Below are positions 8,398 through 17,935 of a stretch of DNA of 64,000 bases, piece by piece (the stretch's first letter is position 1; every line of letters starts with the position of its first letter). Both the position numbers and the translations under genes were made by a program. The DNA is from a virus. Location of the stretch: positions 12,916 through 76,915 of IMG/VR virus record IMGVR_UViG_3300009408_000002; one strand, given 5' to 3'. The notes under the pieces were generated by a model. That model did not search any database and was not told where the DNA came from. It saw only the letters and a list, made by a program, of their open reading frames with translations.

Positions 8398-8781
8398 ATG
8401 TCCGACTCTCTGACGGACCCTGGGATTTTCCGGGCCGGGGAAGCTCTTGCGCTCGGGAACATCCTGACGATCGACATCACGCCTTCAGCCAAGACGGTCA
8501 AGCTGGCTGACGGTGCAGTGGATGAGCCGTTTGCCCTGGCAAAGGGTGTCAGCCTCAAGGATGCAGAGGCCAAGATTGCAACCGGTGACGGGAAGATGGT
8601 CAGATTTCTCCTGGGGGGCACTGTCACTAAGGGTGACACCCTCCAGCCTGGAACTGCGGCATCCAAAGGCAAGGCGGTCAAGGCTGCAACTTCCGGCAAG
8701 CTGGTGTTCGGGCGTGCCTTCGAATCCGGTGTAGACGGCGATATCGTCCTGGGCGAGATCGTTCGGTTCATTCTCCCCTAG
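8398..8781 (+). CDS. Capsid decoration/cement protein (DUF2190-like)
   Basis: 127 aa Gly/Ala-rich, 'FRAGEAL...GGTVTKGD...GKAV...GRAFESGVDGDIV', just before the capsid gene; strong SD. Confidence 0.7.
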   Translation: MSDSLTDPGIFRAGEALALGNILTIDITPSAKTVKLADGAVDEPFALAKGVSLKDAEAKIATGDGKMVRFLLGGTVTKGDTLQPGTAASKGKAVKAATSGKLVFGRAFESGVDGDIVLGEIVRFILP

Positions 8782-8803
8782 CCACCCAGGAAAGGAGTAA
8801 ATT

Positions 8804-9730
8804 ATGCCGATTCTGGACCGGAGCGAAGTCCACGTTGACGTACCGCTCACCAACCTGGCGATCCAACTCGCAGTGCCAGGGTTCGTGGCCGAGCAGATCG
8901 CGCCCATCGTGCCCGTCAAGAAGGAGTCCGATGTCTATTACGAGTTCAATCGTGAAGAGATCCGGGCCATCGATGACGGCGAAGGCGACCTCAAGGCCGA
9001 TGGTGATGTCGCAGGGACGTTCCACTGGAAGCCGAAAGGCACTGTGCCATACGTGTGCGTCAAGCGCGCACAGAAAGACCTGATCACCGATCGCCTCGTC
9101 GCAAATGAGGATGCACCGATCAAGGCTCGCCAGCGCACGATGAACAAGCTGGTGCTGTTCCTGCGAACGCAGCAGGAGATTCGTGTCACCAAGCTGATGA
9201 CGGACATCGCGACTGTCGCATTCACGCCAGCCCCGCTGATTTGGACTGACCCCAGTGCAGAGATCGAGGAGGACGTGAAAGCCGCCAAGGAGGCGATCCG
9301 ATCCGTCATCGGCGTCGAGCCCAACATGTTCGTCATGGGCAAGGCGGCAGAGAACGCCGTTGTCGATTTCCTGAAGGCGACCTCGGAGATCTCGATCGCA
9401 GAGCGCAGTCGTATCACCACGATCCCCGACACACTTTGGGGCATGAAGACTGTGGTCAGTGGTTCGATCAAGGACACGTCGGCTCGCGGCGCAACCGTCG
9501 AGGCGCTGTCCGATATCTGGCCATCGACCATCGCATTGCTGGCCTGGGTGAATCCGAGTCCTCCTGGACTGGAAGACATGTCTTTCGCATACATCCTTCG
9601 TCAGCAGGCCATGAAGGTTCGGACATGGCGTGATGAGGAGCGAGAGGCGAGCTGGATCGAGCCCGGATGGATCCAGACCGAGAAGTTGATCGAGCCTCGT
9701 GCCGGACACCTGATCACTGGCATCCTGTAG
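8804..9730 (+). CDS. Major capsid protein
   Basis: 'HVDVPLTNLA...VAEQIAPIVPVKKESDVYYEF' typical of lambda-E-like capsids; position; strong SD AAGGAG. Confidence 0.9.
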   Translation: MPILDRSEVHVDVPLTNLAIQLAVPGFVAEQIAPIVPVKKESDVYYEFNREEIRAIDDGEGDLKADGDVAGTFHWKPKGTVPYVCVKRAQKDLITDRLVANEDAPIKARQRTMNKLVLFLRTQQEIRVTKLMTDIATVAFTPAPLIWTDPSAEIEEDVKAAKEAIRSVIGVEPNMFVMGKAAENAVVDFLKATSEISIAERSRITTIPDTLWGMKTVVSGSIKDTSARGATVEALSDIWPSTIALLAWVNPSPPGLEDMSFAYILRQQAMKVRTWRDEEREASWIEPGWIQTEKLIEPRAGHLITGIL

Positions 9731-9748
9731 TATCGAGACGGCGAATTC

Positions 9749-10297
9749 GTGGGCCGCTATGTGACGATTGCCGCAGACTCCTTCCTGATCAAGTCGTTCT
9801 TGATTGATGAGGGGTCTGACGGCAAGACGCATGTTACTTCTGCAGAGGTTGCGTTCGCAGAGGAATGGGCATCAGATCACATAGATGAAGCACTCGGAAA
9901 AACATTTCCGAAGCTCACGGATGTACCGGCAACACCAACACTGATAAAGCAGATCGCCCTGCTTCTTGCGTCGAGTTTTATCCGCCTCATGGTGCTTGCA
10001 GGAAACGCACCGAATGAGGACGAACACACAGACAAGATGCAGGCAATGGGCGACGGGATGCTCAGCAGCCTCGTCAAGGGAAAGATCGGAATCCGGCTCG
10101 CTGACGGAACATTCGACCCAGACTTTCCTGGTCCGACCTTTCTTCAAGTTGATGATGCACCAGAAGAATCTGAACGTAGATTTTTCATACAACTGAATCG
10201 GACCTTCGAAGAGATGGAGCATCTCAATCAGATCGAAGCGCCTGAGACAGATGTGTTTACTGACAGCCTCTACATCGAGGACGGATCAAGGAGCTAA
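9749..10297 (+). CDS. Head-tail adaptor (Mu gp36-like)
   Basis: 'YVT...ASDHIDEALG...P..IKQIALLLA' pattern; follows the capsid gene. Confidence 0.65.
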   Translation: MGRYVTIAADSFLIKSFLIDEGSDGKTHVTSAEVAFAEEWASDHIDEALGKTFPKLTDVPATPTLIKQIALLLASSFIRLMVLAGNAPNEDEHTDKMQAMGDGMLSSLVKGKIGIRLADGTFDPDFPGPTFLQVDDAPEESERRFFIQLNRTFEEMEHLNQIEAPETDVFTDSLYIEDGSRS

Positions 10298-10299
10298 CC

Positions 10300-10755
10300 A
10301 TGGCCGGACCAGTATCCAGAGAAGACCTCCTGCGCAAGTACGGTCGGTTCGGAGCCAACAAGTTTGCGCTCTCAGACCTGATCGATCACTTCATCGACAG
10401 GCGAAAGAAGATGATCTTCCTGCCGACTGTTCCGGTCGGCCCTGTAGCCTCTGGCACAGAGGTGACGTTCACCCTTCAGATCGCAGATGCGAACAGCGAT
10501 CCGATCCACTTCCTGGACAAAGCCGAGTCCCTGAGCGTCACCTTCGTGCTAGATGGAGGATCGCTTGCAGGAACCATCGTCACGCCTCAGCCCGTGTCTT
10601 TCGTGCAGAAGCGCGTTGGCACGCTGCTGCTGCTTGAAGCCGTGTGCAAGGCCATGCCAGATGTCGCTGGCCCTGGGTCGCTGATCCTTGGCCTGACTGA
10701 CACTGGCGCAACTGGCCTGGATGTGACGGCACTTGGCTCCGTCGTGGTGAGCTAA
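10300..10755 (+). CDS. Putative virion structural protein
   Basis: Beta-rich, in the structural operon, strong SD. Confidence 0.55.
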   Translation: MAGPVSREDLLRKYGRFGANKFALSDLIDHFIDRRKKMIFLPTVPVGPVASGTEVTFTLQIADANSDPIHFLDKAESLSVTFVLDGGSLAGTIVTPQPVSFVQKRVGTLLLLEAVCKAMPDVAGPGSLILGLTDTGATGLDVTALGSVVVS

Positions 10756-10760
10756 CAGAT

Positions 10761-12332
10761 ATGTCTGGCTTCGTTCAGTACCTGAAGCGTTATCTCGGGG
10801 ACCTGCACAACCGGAAAGCTCTTGTCGATACGTTTGTGGATGTGGCCGGAGATTCCATGCTTGGGTTTTTCCAGCTTGAGGCCCTCGCTACTGATCCGAC
10901 ACCGGGCAAGGTTGGTCGCATCTGGCTCAACTCGACGACCGATTCCATCAAATATGACGATGGCACGGCGGTGAAGGATCTTCTCACGTTCGTTGCGCCT
11001 CACACTCACACCTCTGACGAGGTGACGAATCTCAGCGGGGTTGCTGGGCCGACAGTTACCTCCGCTCTGGACACCCTGGCTGGACTTGTCCCTCCGGCTG
11101 CACCAGTGTCTTCAGTGTTTGGGCGAACTGGTGCGGTGGCATCGGTGCTTGGTGACTACGCTGCGTCGCTGGTGTCCAATGACAGCACTGTGGCAGGTGC
11201 GACAGTCAAGGCTGCTCTGGACTCACTGGCTGGTAGTTCTGGAACGCCGGGCGGCGTTGACACGAATGTGCAGTTCAATAGCGCAGGTTCCTTTGCTGGA
11301 GACTCTGGACTGACATATGCCGGATCGGGAGGAAGGTTCAGTATAGTCAACGACGGGTTGAATACGGAGATCGTAATCAGGTCATTCAATAGCATATCTC
11401 CTGGAGCAGCAGTCAGATTCCGGGGGGACAGATCAAGGGGTTCCCTAGCGGCTCCTCTTGACCTTCTGTCAGGCGATGCAATCCTTTTCATTGATGGGGC
11501 TCCGTATAGTTCTGCGGGCGGCGGTTTCGTGACCGGGGCGGCCATCATCGCTGAACAAGACGGCCCGAGCGCACTTGTCCCGCCAACTCGATGGAGATTT
11601 ACGACAGGCAATGGAGCCACAACTCTAGAGGCCCTGCGAATCAACTCCAGTCAGCAGATCCTGGCCTCGACGCTGGGGTCTGCAGCGCTTCCTGCCATTG
11701 CAAACCTGTCCTTCCCGACAACCGGCCTGTACTGGTCTGCTGGTCCAGAGATCCTGATGTCTATTGCGGGACTGTCAGTCGCAAGGTTTTACGCCAATGG
11801 AATTTCAATCGGAACGGCCTCCCCGTTCATTGGTTTTAGTCCCGATTCCGTCCTGGAGCTGAACAGCCTGCGTAACACTAGGATAGCTAATTACCCCACT
11901 GGTGGAGGTCAGGGTCTGTATCAGGCATTCGTATCCAACGGGACGCCAACCGCAAGAACTAATGTTATTGCCGGCCAGGAACTCATGACTTTCAATTTAC
12001 TTGGATGGTTTGGAGGTTCTTACAGGGTAGCCGTCAATGTGATAACAAAGGTTGGAACAGGGGCTGTCAGTGCCACCTCAATGCCGGGGCGCTGGCAGGT
12101 TCTCACGAGTCCTGACGGATCCATCTCTCCATCGCTCATGATTGATGTTGACGGATCAAAGATCGGACTTCACGGTTCTACTCCAGTGGCACAAAATACA
12201 GGCTGGTCTGTCACGTCGCTGACACCACTAAAGACTTATGATCAGGCCACAGCGTCTCTCGTTGTCGTCAAGAAGGTGCTCGGGACGCTCATTGAAGGCG
12301 TCTTGAAACTGAGAGGGGACATAGCGGCATGA
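10761..12332 (+). CDS. Fibre/whisker-like virion protein
   Basis: G/S/T-rich; 'VSSVFGRTGAV', 'PGGVDTNVQFN' fibre motifs; duplicated 'V.N.S.VAG.TV..ALD.LAG'. Confidence 0.7.
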   Translation: MSGFVQYLKRYLGDLHNRKALVDTFVDVAGDSMLGFFQLEALATDPTPGKVGRIWLNSTTDSIKYDDGTAVKDLLTFVAPHTHTSDEVTNLSGVAGPTVTSALDTLAGLVPPAAPVSSVFGRTGAVASVLGDYAASLVSNDSTVAGATVKAALDSLAGSSGTPGGVDTNVQFNSAGSFAGDSGLTYAGSGGRFSIVNDGLNTEIVIRSFNSISPGAAVRFRGDRSRGSLAAPLDLLSGDAILFIDGAPYSSAGGGFVTGAAIIAEQDGPSALVPPTRWRFTTGNGATTLEALRINSSQQILASTLGSAALPAIANLSFPTTGLYWSAGPEILMSIAGLSVARFYANGISIGTASPFIGFSPDSVLELNSLRNTRIANYPTGGGQGLYQAFVSNGTPTARTNVIAGQELMTFNLLGWFGGSYRVAVNVITKVGTGAVSATSMPGRWQVLTSPDGSISPSLMIDVDGSKIGLHGSTPVAQNTGWSVTSLTPLKTYDQATASLVVVKKVLGTLIEGVLKLRGDIAA

Positions 12333-12841
12333 GCTGGCATGACATAGCAGGAAGTAGGCCGGCCCCGATTCATTCCTGGTTTGCAAATGATGCATTCCTT
12401 CCATCAGCCGCTCCTGCTGGGTCTGTTTCGAGGAACGAGCGGGTTCTCCTGGCCTTCGACCAGTCCATTGCTGAATCTGCCGTCTTTTCTGGCAGGATGC
12501 CAGCGCATTACATGAGCGGAGGACTCAGCGTAGAAATCGCGTGGGTAGCCAGTGGAGCAATCGTTGGCGATGCAGTCTGGAGCGTGGCGATCGAGCGAAT
12601 CGACGCGGGCATACAGAATCTCGACGCTGATGGTTTCGCGGCCTCTCAGTCTGTTACAACGACAACGCCGGGTACTGACGGCGTGACAGTAAGATCTGTG
12701 ATTGCATTTACGCAGGCTCAGGCGGACGGCCTTGTGGCTGGCGATGCGTTTAGGCTAAAGGTTACTCGTGACGCCCCGAACGCTTCGGACACCCTGGCTG
12801 CTGATGCACAGATCCTCTTAGTCGCAATGGAGGAGGTCTAA
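12329..12841 (+). CDS. Putative virion protein (beta-sandwich)
   Basis: Coupled to the fibre gene; composition. Confidence 0.55.
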   Translation: MSWHDIAGSRPAPIHSWFANDAFLPSAAPAGSVSRNERVLLAFDQSIAESAVFSGRMPAHYMSGGLSVEIAWVASGAIVGDAVWSVAIERIDAGIQNLDADGFAASQSVTTTTPGTDGVTVRSVIAFTQAQADGLVAGDAFRLKVTRDAPNASDTLAADAQILLVAMEEV

Positions 12842-13347
12842 TGGGTCGTTCCGCACAACTCTGGCAACCGCCTGACCTAAACCTCGGTCAGTGGATCGGC
12901 AATGGCGCCGGACTGTTCGCTAACGCTGGATCAGGATTTGAGCGTGGCTTTTCGCCCGTTGCAAACGATGAGCTTCTGGCACAGGTAGCACTGAGCTGGG
13001 CTGGAATTCCGTATGACGGTTCGTCTACGCGACTCAGACTGTTTAGTGAGCCATTTCAAACGGCTCCTGGCGCAGGAGACAATGTAATCTGGGAAGTTGA
13101 TTACGCGCTGATTCCTGCAGATGGAACAGTGGACGCGGAGACAATAGTGACAGGCACCCTCTCGGACACAATAGATATCTCTGCCAGGACAGCGAACAGG
13201 CTCTACCAAGACGCACTTTCGTCAATCCCTGGCGTAATCGGCGCAGAGATCCTGAATCTGACACTCAGAAGAAAATCAAGCGGTGGTGGTTCGGACACGT
13301 TCTCCGACTTCATTGACATTCATGCTATTGCGCTGGAGCGAGTCTAA
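12841..13347 (+). CDS. Putative virion protein, similar size and pattern to the upstream gene
   Basis: Shared 'G..VW.V...I', 'L.L.R', 'SDT' pattern with 12329-12841. Confidence 0.5.
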   Translation: MGRSAQLWQPPDLNLGQWIGNGAGLFANAGSGFERGFSPVANDELLAQVALSWAGIPYDGSSTRLRLFSEPFQTAPGAGDNVIWEVDYALIPADGTVDAETIVTGTLSDTIDISARTANRLYQDALSSIPGVIGAEILNLTLRRKSSGGGSDTFSDFIDIHAIALERV

Positions 13348-13622
13348 TGGCCAAGAATCCGGTGGGCCTGCCTGGAACAAAGAGGAGCTTCTGGTTTGAC
13401 ACTGGGCTTACCGACGGTAACGGGAACGTCTCCTTCACAACCCCAGCAAACCAGAAAGATCCAGCGATAGTATATCTTCAGGCCCACCATGCAACGCTAG
13501 CCTTATTTGGTGTCGTTCAGTCTGTGGCCGGCAACACTATCACTGCAATCGTCTACGATCATTCAGGCGTTATCGCCCCGGTCGGGACTCGTCTGGATGT
13601 TTTCACGATCACAATCGAATAA
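13347..13622 (+). CDS. Small virion protein
   Basis: Coupled start/stop; beta-rich. Confidence 0.55.
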   Translation: MAKNPVGLPGTKRSFWFDTGLTDGNGNVSFTTPANQKDPAIVYLQAHHATLALFGVVQSVAGNTITAIVYDHSGVIAPVGTRLDVFTITIE

Positions 13623-13725
13623 GGCGGGAGTGAAATAGACGTCAGAGCGAAAACGCTTCATCGCAGCAGGCGAGGTTTCATCTTCCGTTCGACAAGCCTA
13701 AACGAAAACACCGGAGAGCACATCA

Positions 13726-14283
13726 ATGGTTCACAGAGAGCACTTATTCGCAGCCGGGCAGGAATACTATGACGGTAACACCGGCGTGCAGGACGTGAAT
13801 CTTGCTCGCATCGCATCGGGCAGTGACAATCCAAGCGAAAAGGTCTGCTCCTTCATGGTGGTTCGTGGGAAGTTGGTTGCCGGAGTCTTTGAAGCTCACC
13901 TTGCTCCAATCAATGTCGCATACGTCAACAGGGGAGGAGGGGCATTGTCTTCGATTCAAGGTGATGGCCTGACACCGAATACAGTAACGGTGACAGCCAC
14001 CAGTCATGGCCTTGCAACGGGTTATCGAATCGATGTGACTGGAACCACAAACTACAATGGCGCGGATCTTCAAGTGACCGTTGTCGATCAGGACACCTTT
14101 ACGTATCAGACTTCGCTACACACACAGTCTGGTCAAGAGATGGCGGGGACTATCGCCGGCAAAAATTATGATCACCTGATGGGTGATGCCGCAAAGACTC
14201 GCGTCCAGATAGAGGATCAAATCTATCAGGATCTTGTTCTGACTGGTAAGGTCAATCCCGGAACGCAGCAAGATGTCGTCTAG
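13726..14283 (+). CDS. Virion protein with small beta-barrel (E1 FCCH-like) repeat
   Basis: 'TVTVTATSHGLATGYRIDVTG..YNG...VTVVDQDTFTY' motif common in phage tail proteins. Confidence 0.6.
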   Translation: MVHREHLFAAGQEYYDGNTGVQDVNLARIASGSDNPSEKVCSFMVVRGKLVAGVFEAHLAPINVAYVNRGGGALSSIQGDGLTPNTVTVTATSHGLATGYRIDVTGTTNYNGADLQVTVVDQDTFTYQTSLHTQSGQEMAGTIAGKNYDHLMGDAAKTRVQIEDQIYQDLVLTGKVNPGTQQDVV

Positions 14284-14337
14284 GGGCTAGCGTACACTCC
14301 GATCACACAGGCGACCAGTCTAAGAGGAGGATGGAAG

Positions 14338-14853
14338 ATGGAAAATCACGATGAGGAAATTCGAATCCCCGCAGTTCTCATTTCCAAGAGAAAAGCGCTT
14401 CTTCGCAGGAACACAAGGGCCATGACGCGGCTTGACAAACTCAAGTTACAGCAGCACAAGACCGTCATTCAGCCGTCAGAGGAAGCCTTCAACATCGCCA
14501 AGGATGCGCTTGAGGACTTCGAGGACCAGGAATTCATCAACACTGGTCGCCACCCATCGAAGATCGACGTGTCGGAACGATCCCCTCTGGACGTGCAACA
14601 GCACCGGGCGCTAGGTCGTGACTTCCGCGAAGCCCTGAAGCGCCTAGAACAGTCCCGGCTAGAAGTCCACGCAGCCATCATGCAGTCTGACGAATATACT
14701 CAGTCCCTTCGTTGCGCCGAGGCACTCGACGACTGGTCCGAGCAATTCGAGTTGCACTATGAAACGTGTGAGCGCGACATCGACTGGGAGAAGGGCCTTT
14801 TCACTCGTCGCGCATCCGACATCGAGGGGATCCCGCAAGAACTCCTTGCGTGA
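14338..14853 (+). CDS. Hypothetical coiled-coil protein
   Basis: Strong SD GAGGAGG; helical, charged. Confidence 0.65.
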   Translation: MENHDEEIRIPAVLISKRKALLRRNTRAMTRLDKLKLQQHKTVIQPSEEAFNIAKDALEDFEDQEFINTGRHPSKIDVSERSPLDVQQHRALGRDFREALKRLEQSRLEVHAAIMQSDEYTQSLRCAEALDDWSEQFELHYETCERDIDWEKGLFTRRASDIEGIPQELLA

Positions 14854-14856
14854 GCC

Positions 14857-15378
14857 ATGGTCAAACGGCGAATTGGGTTCATCACGCTTGTTCCAGACCA
14901 AGCAAGGCTTGAACTAACCAAGAAGCGGTTCTCGCTGCTGACAAAAAAGTTCCTCGCAAACTTCGCTGCACAAGAAGAGGTGGAGCAAATTGTTGCCGAT
15001 GAGTATCAGGCGCAGTTTGAGTCCAAGGGCGCAAGGTTTGGGGAGCGATGGGTAGGTGCAATCAGTCGCAGAAACCTTTCGCTTGTGGAAACTGGAGCGT
15101 TTAGGTCGAGCTTTAGCGTTTCGGCTCCATCGTGGATGGCTACGCGAGTAGGATCCGAAAACAACTTCACGCTTCGAATCAGAAATTCGTTCAAACAGAT
15201 AGGCCCAAGAACCAAGCTGATTGATAAACCGCTCGTTAGTTTTTTCGAAGACTGGAAAACAGGGCTCAGAATCACAGGCTTGAAGTTCGGCGGCATCAGC
15301 GAGATTGGGGCGAGGCGCATTACGCAGGTATGGCTCAAATCGTTCAGTTCCATCTTGCGCGAAGTAGGGTTCCAGTAG
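14857..15378 (+). CDS. Neck/tail completion (virion morphogenesis) protein
   Basis: 'QFESKG...W...LVETGAFRSS' resembles Mu gpG/tail-S motif; position. Confidence 0.55.
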   Translation: MVKRRIGFITLVPDQARLELTKKRFSLLTKKFLANFAAQEEVEQIVADEYQAQFESKGARFGERWVGAISRRNLSLVETGAFRSSFSVSAPSWMATRVGSENNFTLRIRNSFKQIGPRTKLIDKPLVSFFEDWKTGLRITGLKFGGISEIGARRITQVWLKSFSSILREVGFQ

Positions 15379-15888
15379 ATGGCGACCGGGCTGGAGCACA
15401 TGATCGACGTGATGCGAGAGATCATCTTTCGCAAGTGGTCCACGGAGAAAGCAAAGGACCCTGTCCTCGATTTGATCACTCCGATCACCAAGAAGCAGAT
15501 CCACTTCGGCCTTGTCACGATAGAGCCCAACGACATCGCTGTTTCGGTGATCGGAGCAGATGAGTTTCCAGAGGTCATCCCTGGTTGCGACGACAACTGG
15601 CAGATCCCGACCCTGGTCATCCTGAAGTGGTGGATATTTCAGCCAGACATCGAGGGGGCTCACCGTGGAATCATCAGGATGGGCACAATCCTCAGAAGGA
15701 TATTTCAGCGGAACAAGAGGCTCGTACTTGATTCGCTGGCGAACGCAAACGACATCATCTTCCCTGGTCCGATTGAATACAGTCCAGGGGTAGAGCAGGC
15801 TTTTGTTGGTTCAAGGGTCTACATGGCAGAGGGAACAATGCTGCTTAGTGTGCTCAGTTGTGATATACTGACGCCCGAGACGGCATAA
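15379..15888 (+). CDS. Tail terminator-like protein
   Basis: Size and position before the tail tube. Confidence 0.45.
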   Translation: MATGLEHMIDVMREIIFRKWSTEKAKDPVLDLITPITKKQIHFGLVTIEPNDIAVSVIGADEFPEVIPGCDDNWQIPTLVILKWWIFQPDIEGAHRGIIRMGTILRRIFQRNKRLVLDSLANANDIIFPGPIEYSPGVEQAFVGSRVYMAEGTMLLSVLSCDILTPETA

Positions 15889-15912
15889 CAACGCACCGAA
15901 AGGAACGCTGAA

Positions 15913-16305
15913 ATGGGCGACTTCGGAAGTTCGCTGGTTTTCGCAACTGGAAGCGAGACCAAAACAGTCAATGTGGTCAGGACGATTGACCGCTTGCGAA
16001 TCGATCGAGCGACATTCGATTTCCTGAACCGGGCGATCAGCGTCAGGATCTCGAAAGGTTTCATCAACCCAGTCTCGCTCATCGAAGAGTTCATCACAAT
16101 CGTAGACAACTATCCGATTGATGATGTCTCTGCTCCACTGGCAAGAGCCATCGATGGCAAGTCGTTCACGGTGCCGAGTGGCACTCACTTCACAGACGCA
16201 GAGACCGATTTCTCGGCAGAGAACCTGCTGGAGCACATCGAGGACTACATCTTCGCCAAGTTCGAGGCGATGACCTACTTCAGTGGAACTGAGATTCCTG
16301 CGTAA
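15913..16305 (+). CDS. Hypothetical structural-region protein
   Basis: SD AAAGGA; in operon. Confidence 0.6.
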   Translation: MGDFGSSLVFATGSETKTVNVVRTIDRLRIDRATFDFLNRAISVRISKGFINPVSLIEEFITIVDNYPIDDVSAPLARAIDGKSFTVPSGTHFTDAETDFSAENLLEHIEDYIFAKFEAMTYFSGTEIPA

Positions 16306-16320
16306 GGGAAGGAGCTAATC

Positions 16321-17199
16321 ATGGGCGGATCGCTATTCAGGGACGTGGGGCCGGTCACATTCGGAGGCTCCGCGTTCAAATGCGTCAATACGGCTACGAT
16401 TGCATTTGGGTCAGATGTGCTTCGCGGGAAATGCGGAGCGGCTGTCTCTGAACGATACCAGGGCCTCACGAACCTCTCCGTCGAGATCACTCTTGAGAAC
16501 TCGAATCCATTCAGGAAGGTCCATCCTGGGGATACAGGTGAACTCTCAATCGGGATCCCTTTTGCCATTCCAGGGATTGGTGTGCCATCTGCTGGTCGGA
16601 CATTGAGTTTCGCCAGCACAACTCTCACGGGGCGTAGCGGACGGATCACGAAGGATGAACTGGCTTCCGGCACGTATACGTTTCGTGCACGCTCTTCTGA
16701 CGGCCTGACGATCCCCGTAGTTGTCGGGGGAGCCGGCGCTCCGTTTGAGCCTGCAGACGCAACGACATTTATCAGAGACATCAAGTCGTTTGCATTCAGC
16801 GGAGACCCTGGGATCTCTCCCGGCGATGTATGCGTAAGGAGTTTCGAGTTCTCAGAGAACGCTGAGCTTCTTGAGAATCAATGTCAGGGCGAACTCTTCC
16901 CGACATATGTCGGCATAACGGGTCTCAACCTGGAAGCGACAGCAGTCTTCAGAGATGTGGTTGTTCAATCTCCTGCGGGCGGACTGACGTTGGGTTCGAA
17001 GGGGACGATTACAATGTCTGCGCTGGCTGGATCCACAACATCCTGCATCGATCTCACTCCGTCTGGCTCCGTCAAGATGGAGAACATGAACATCAACGAA
17101 TCAACAATCACTGCTCGGCATGGTGACTTCGCAGAAGTTTCTGTTTCGTGGACTGGTCACGGCACGGCAGATAAGGAAGCTATCGCAATCATCACTTAG
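16321..17199 (+). CDS. Tail tube protein with internal duplication
   Basis: Upstream of chaperone/tape measure; two similar halves (FRDV..CV..C..Y.GLT.L / IRDI..CV..C..YVGITGL). Confidence 0.7.
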   Translation: MGGSLFRDVGPVTFGGSAFKCVNTATIAFGSDVLRGKCGAAVSERYQGLTNLSVEITLENSNPFRKVHPGDTGELSIGIPFAIPGIGVPSAGRTLSFASTTLTGRSGRITKDELASGTYTFRARSSDGLTIPVVVGGAGAPFEPADATTFIRDIKSFAFSGDPGISPGDVCVRSFEFSENAELLENQCQGELFPTYVGITGLNLEATAVFRDVVVQSPAGGLTLGSKGTITMSALAGSTTSCIDLTPSGSVKMENMNINESTITARHGDFAEVSVSWTGHGTADKEAIAIIT

Positions 17200-17230
17200 G
17201 CATCTCGCAACCACTGAGGAGGGTAATACG

Positions 17231-17746
17231 ATGCTACAACAAGGACAGGCAGCAAGCAGGCTGAAGCCGGGAGCCATGAACGGGAAGTCGTTCGTGCTGA
17301 ACAACGGCGACCCGTTCGTCATCCCAACGCTCCCGCTAGGGCCGAGCGGTGAACGATTCCTCGGCTTTCTGGAAAGGTCCGAGCAGCAGGAAGACACCTC
17401 GCTGACTCGCGATATGTTCAGGGAGTTCTTCGGCCTTGTGGTGGACATCCTCAAGCTGAATTACGAGATCACGGAGGAGGAATGCGACGGACTGATTGGG
17501 ATGCAGCAGTTCCAGGACATCCTGTCGCACTTCTTCGGGATGTCGCAGGAGAACGCAGGTGCCCCTCCTACGAAGGCCCCAGCGAAAGTCGAGGATCTGG
17601 GGCACTACCACGCAGACGGGTCGCTGGGGGCGAAACTCAAGGCGGCGTCGGCTCAGAACGCACGGTCGCCTCAGTACGCCGACTTCTCCGCTGGGTCCGA
17701 GCCAACTGCGGCACAACCGGAAGAGACCCCAGTGGCATCGGCCTAG
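17231..17746 (+). CDS. Tail assembly chaperone (G-like); probable -1 frameshift extension to 17949
   Basis: SD GAGGAGG before ATG 17231; between tube and tape measure; overlapping -1 ORF runs to 17949. Confidence 0.7.
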   Translation: MLQQGQAASRLKPGAMNGKSFVLNNGDPFVIPTLPLGPSGERFLGFLERSEQQEDTSLTRDMFREFFGLVVDILKLNYEITEEECDGLIGMQQFQDILSHFFGMSQENAGAPPTKAPAKVEDLGHYHADGSLGAKLKAASAQNARSPQYADFSAGSEPTAAQPEETPVASA

Positions 17747-17935
17747 CCGAAGGGCTGGACATCTGCATGGTGCTCCAGTCCACTTCTCGTGGAGTCTCTT
17801 ACAATGACTTCATGCGGTGGGCAGAACCAGCCGGCGAGGGGCGAAAGATCTCTGCAGGAGAGAACCAGGCTGCGTTCGACAACCTGGTTCGCAACCCTCT
17901 GTTCAGCGTAACACAGGCAGAGCCAGGGGCCTCAG

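Noticed and set aside
8768-9832. 354-aa antisense ORF over the capsid gene (and similar shadow ORFs)
   Set aside because: Expected from codon bias in GC-rich genes; no independent motifs
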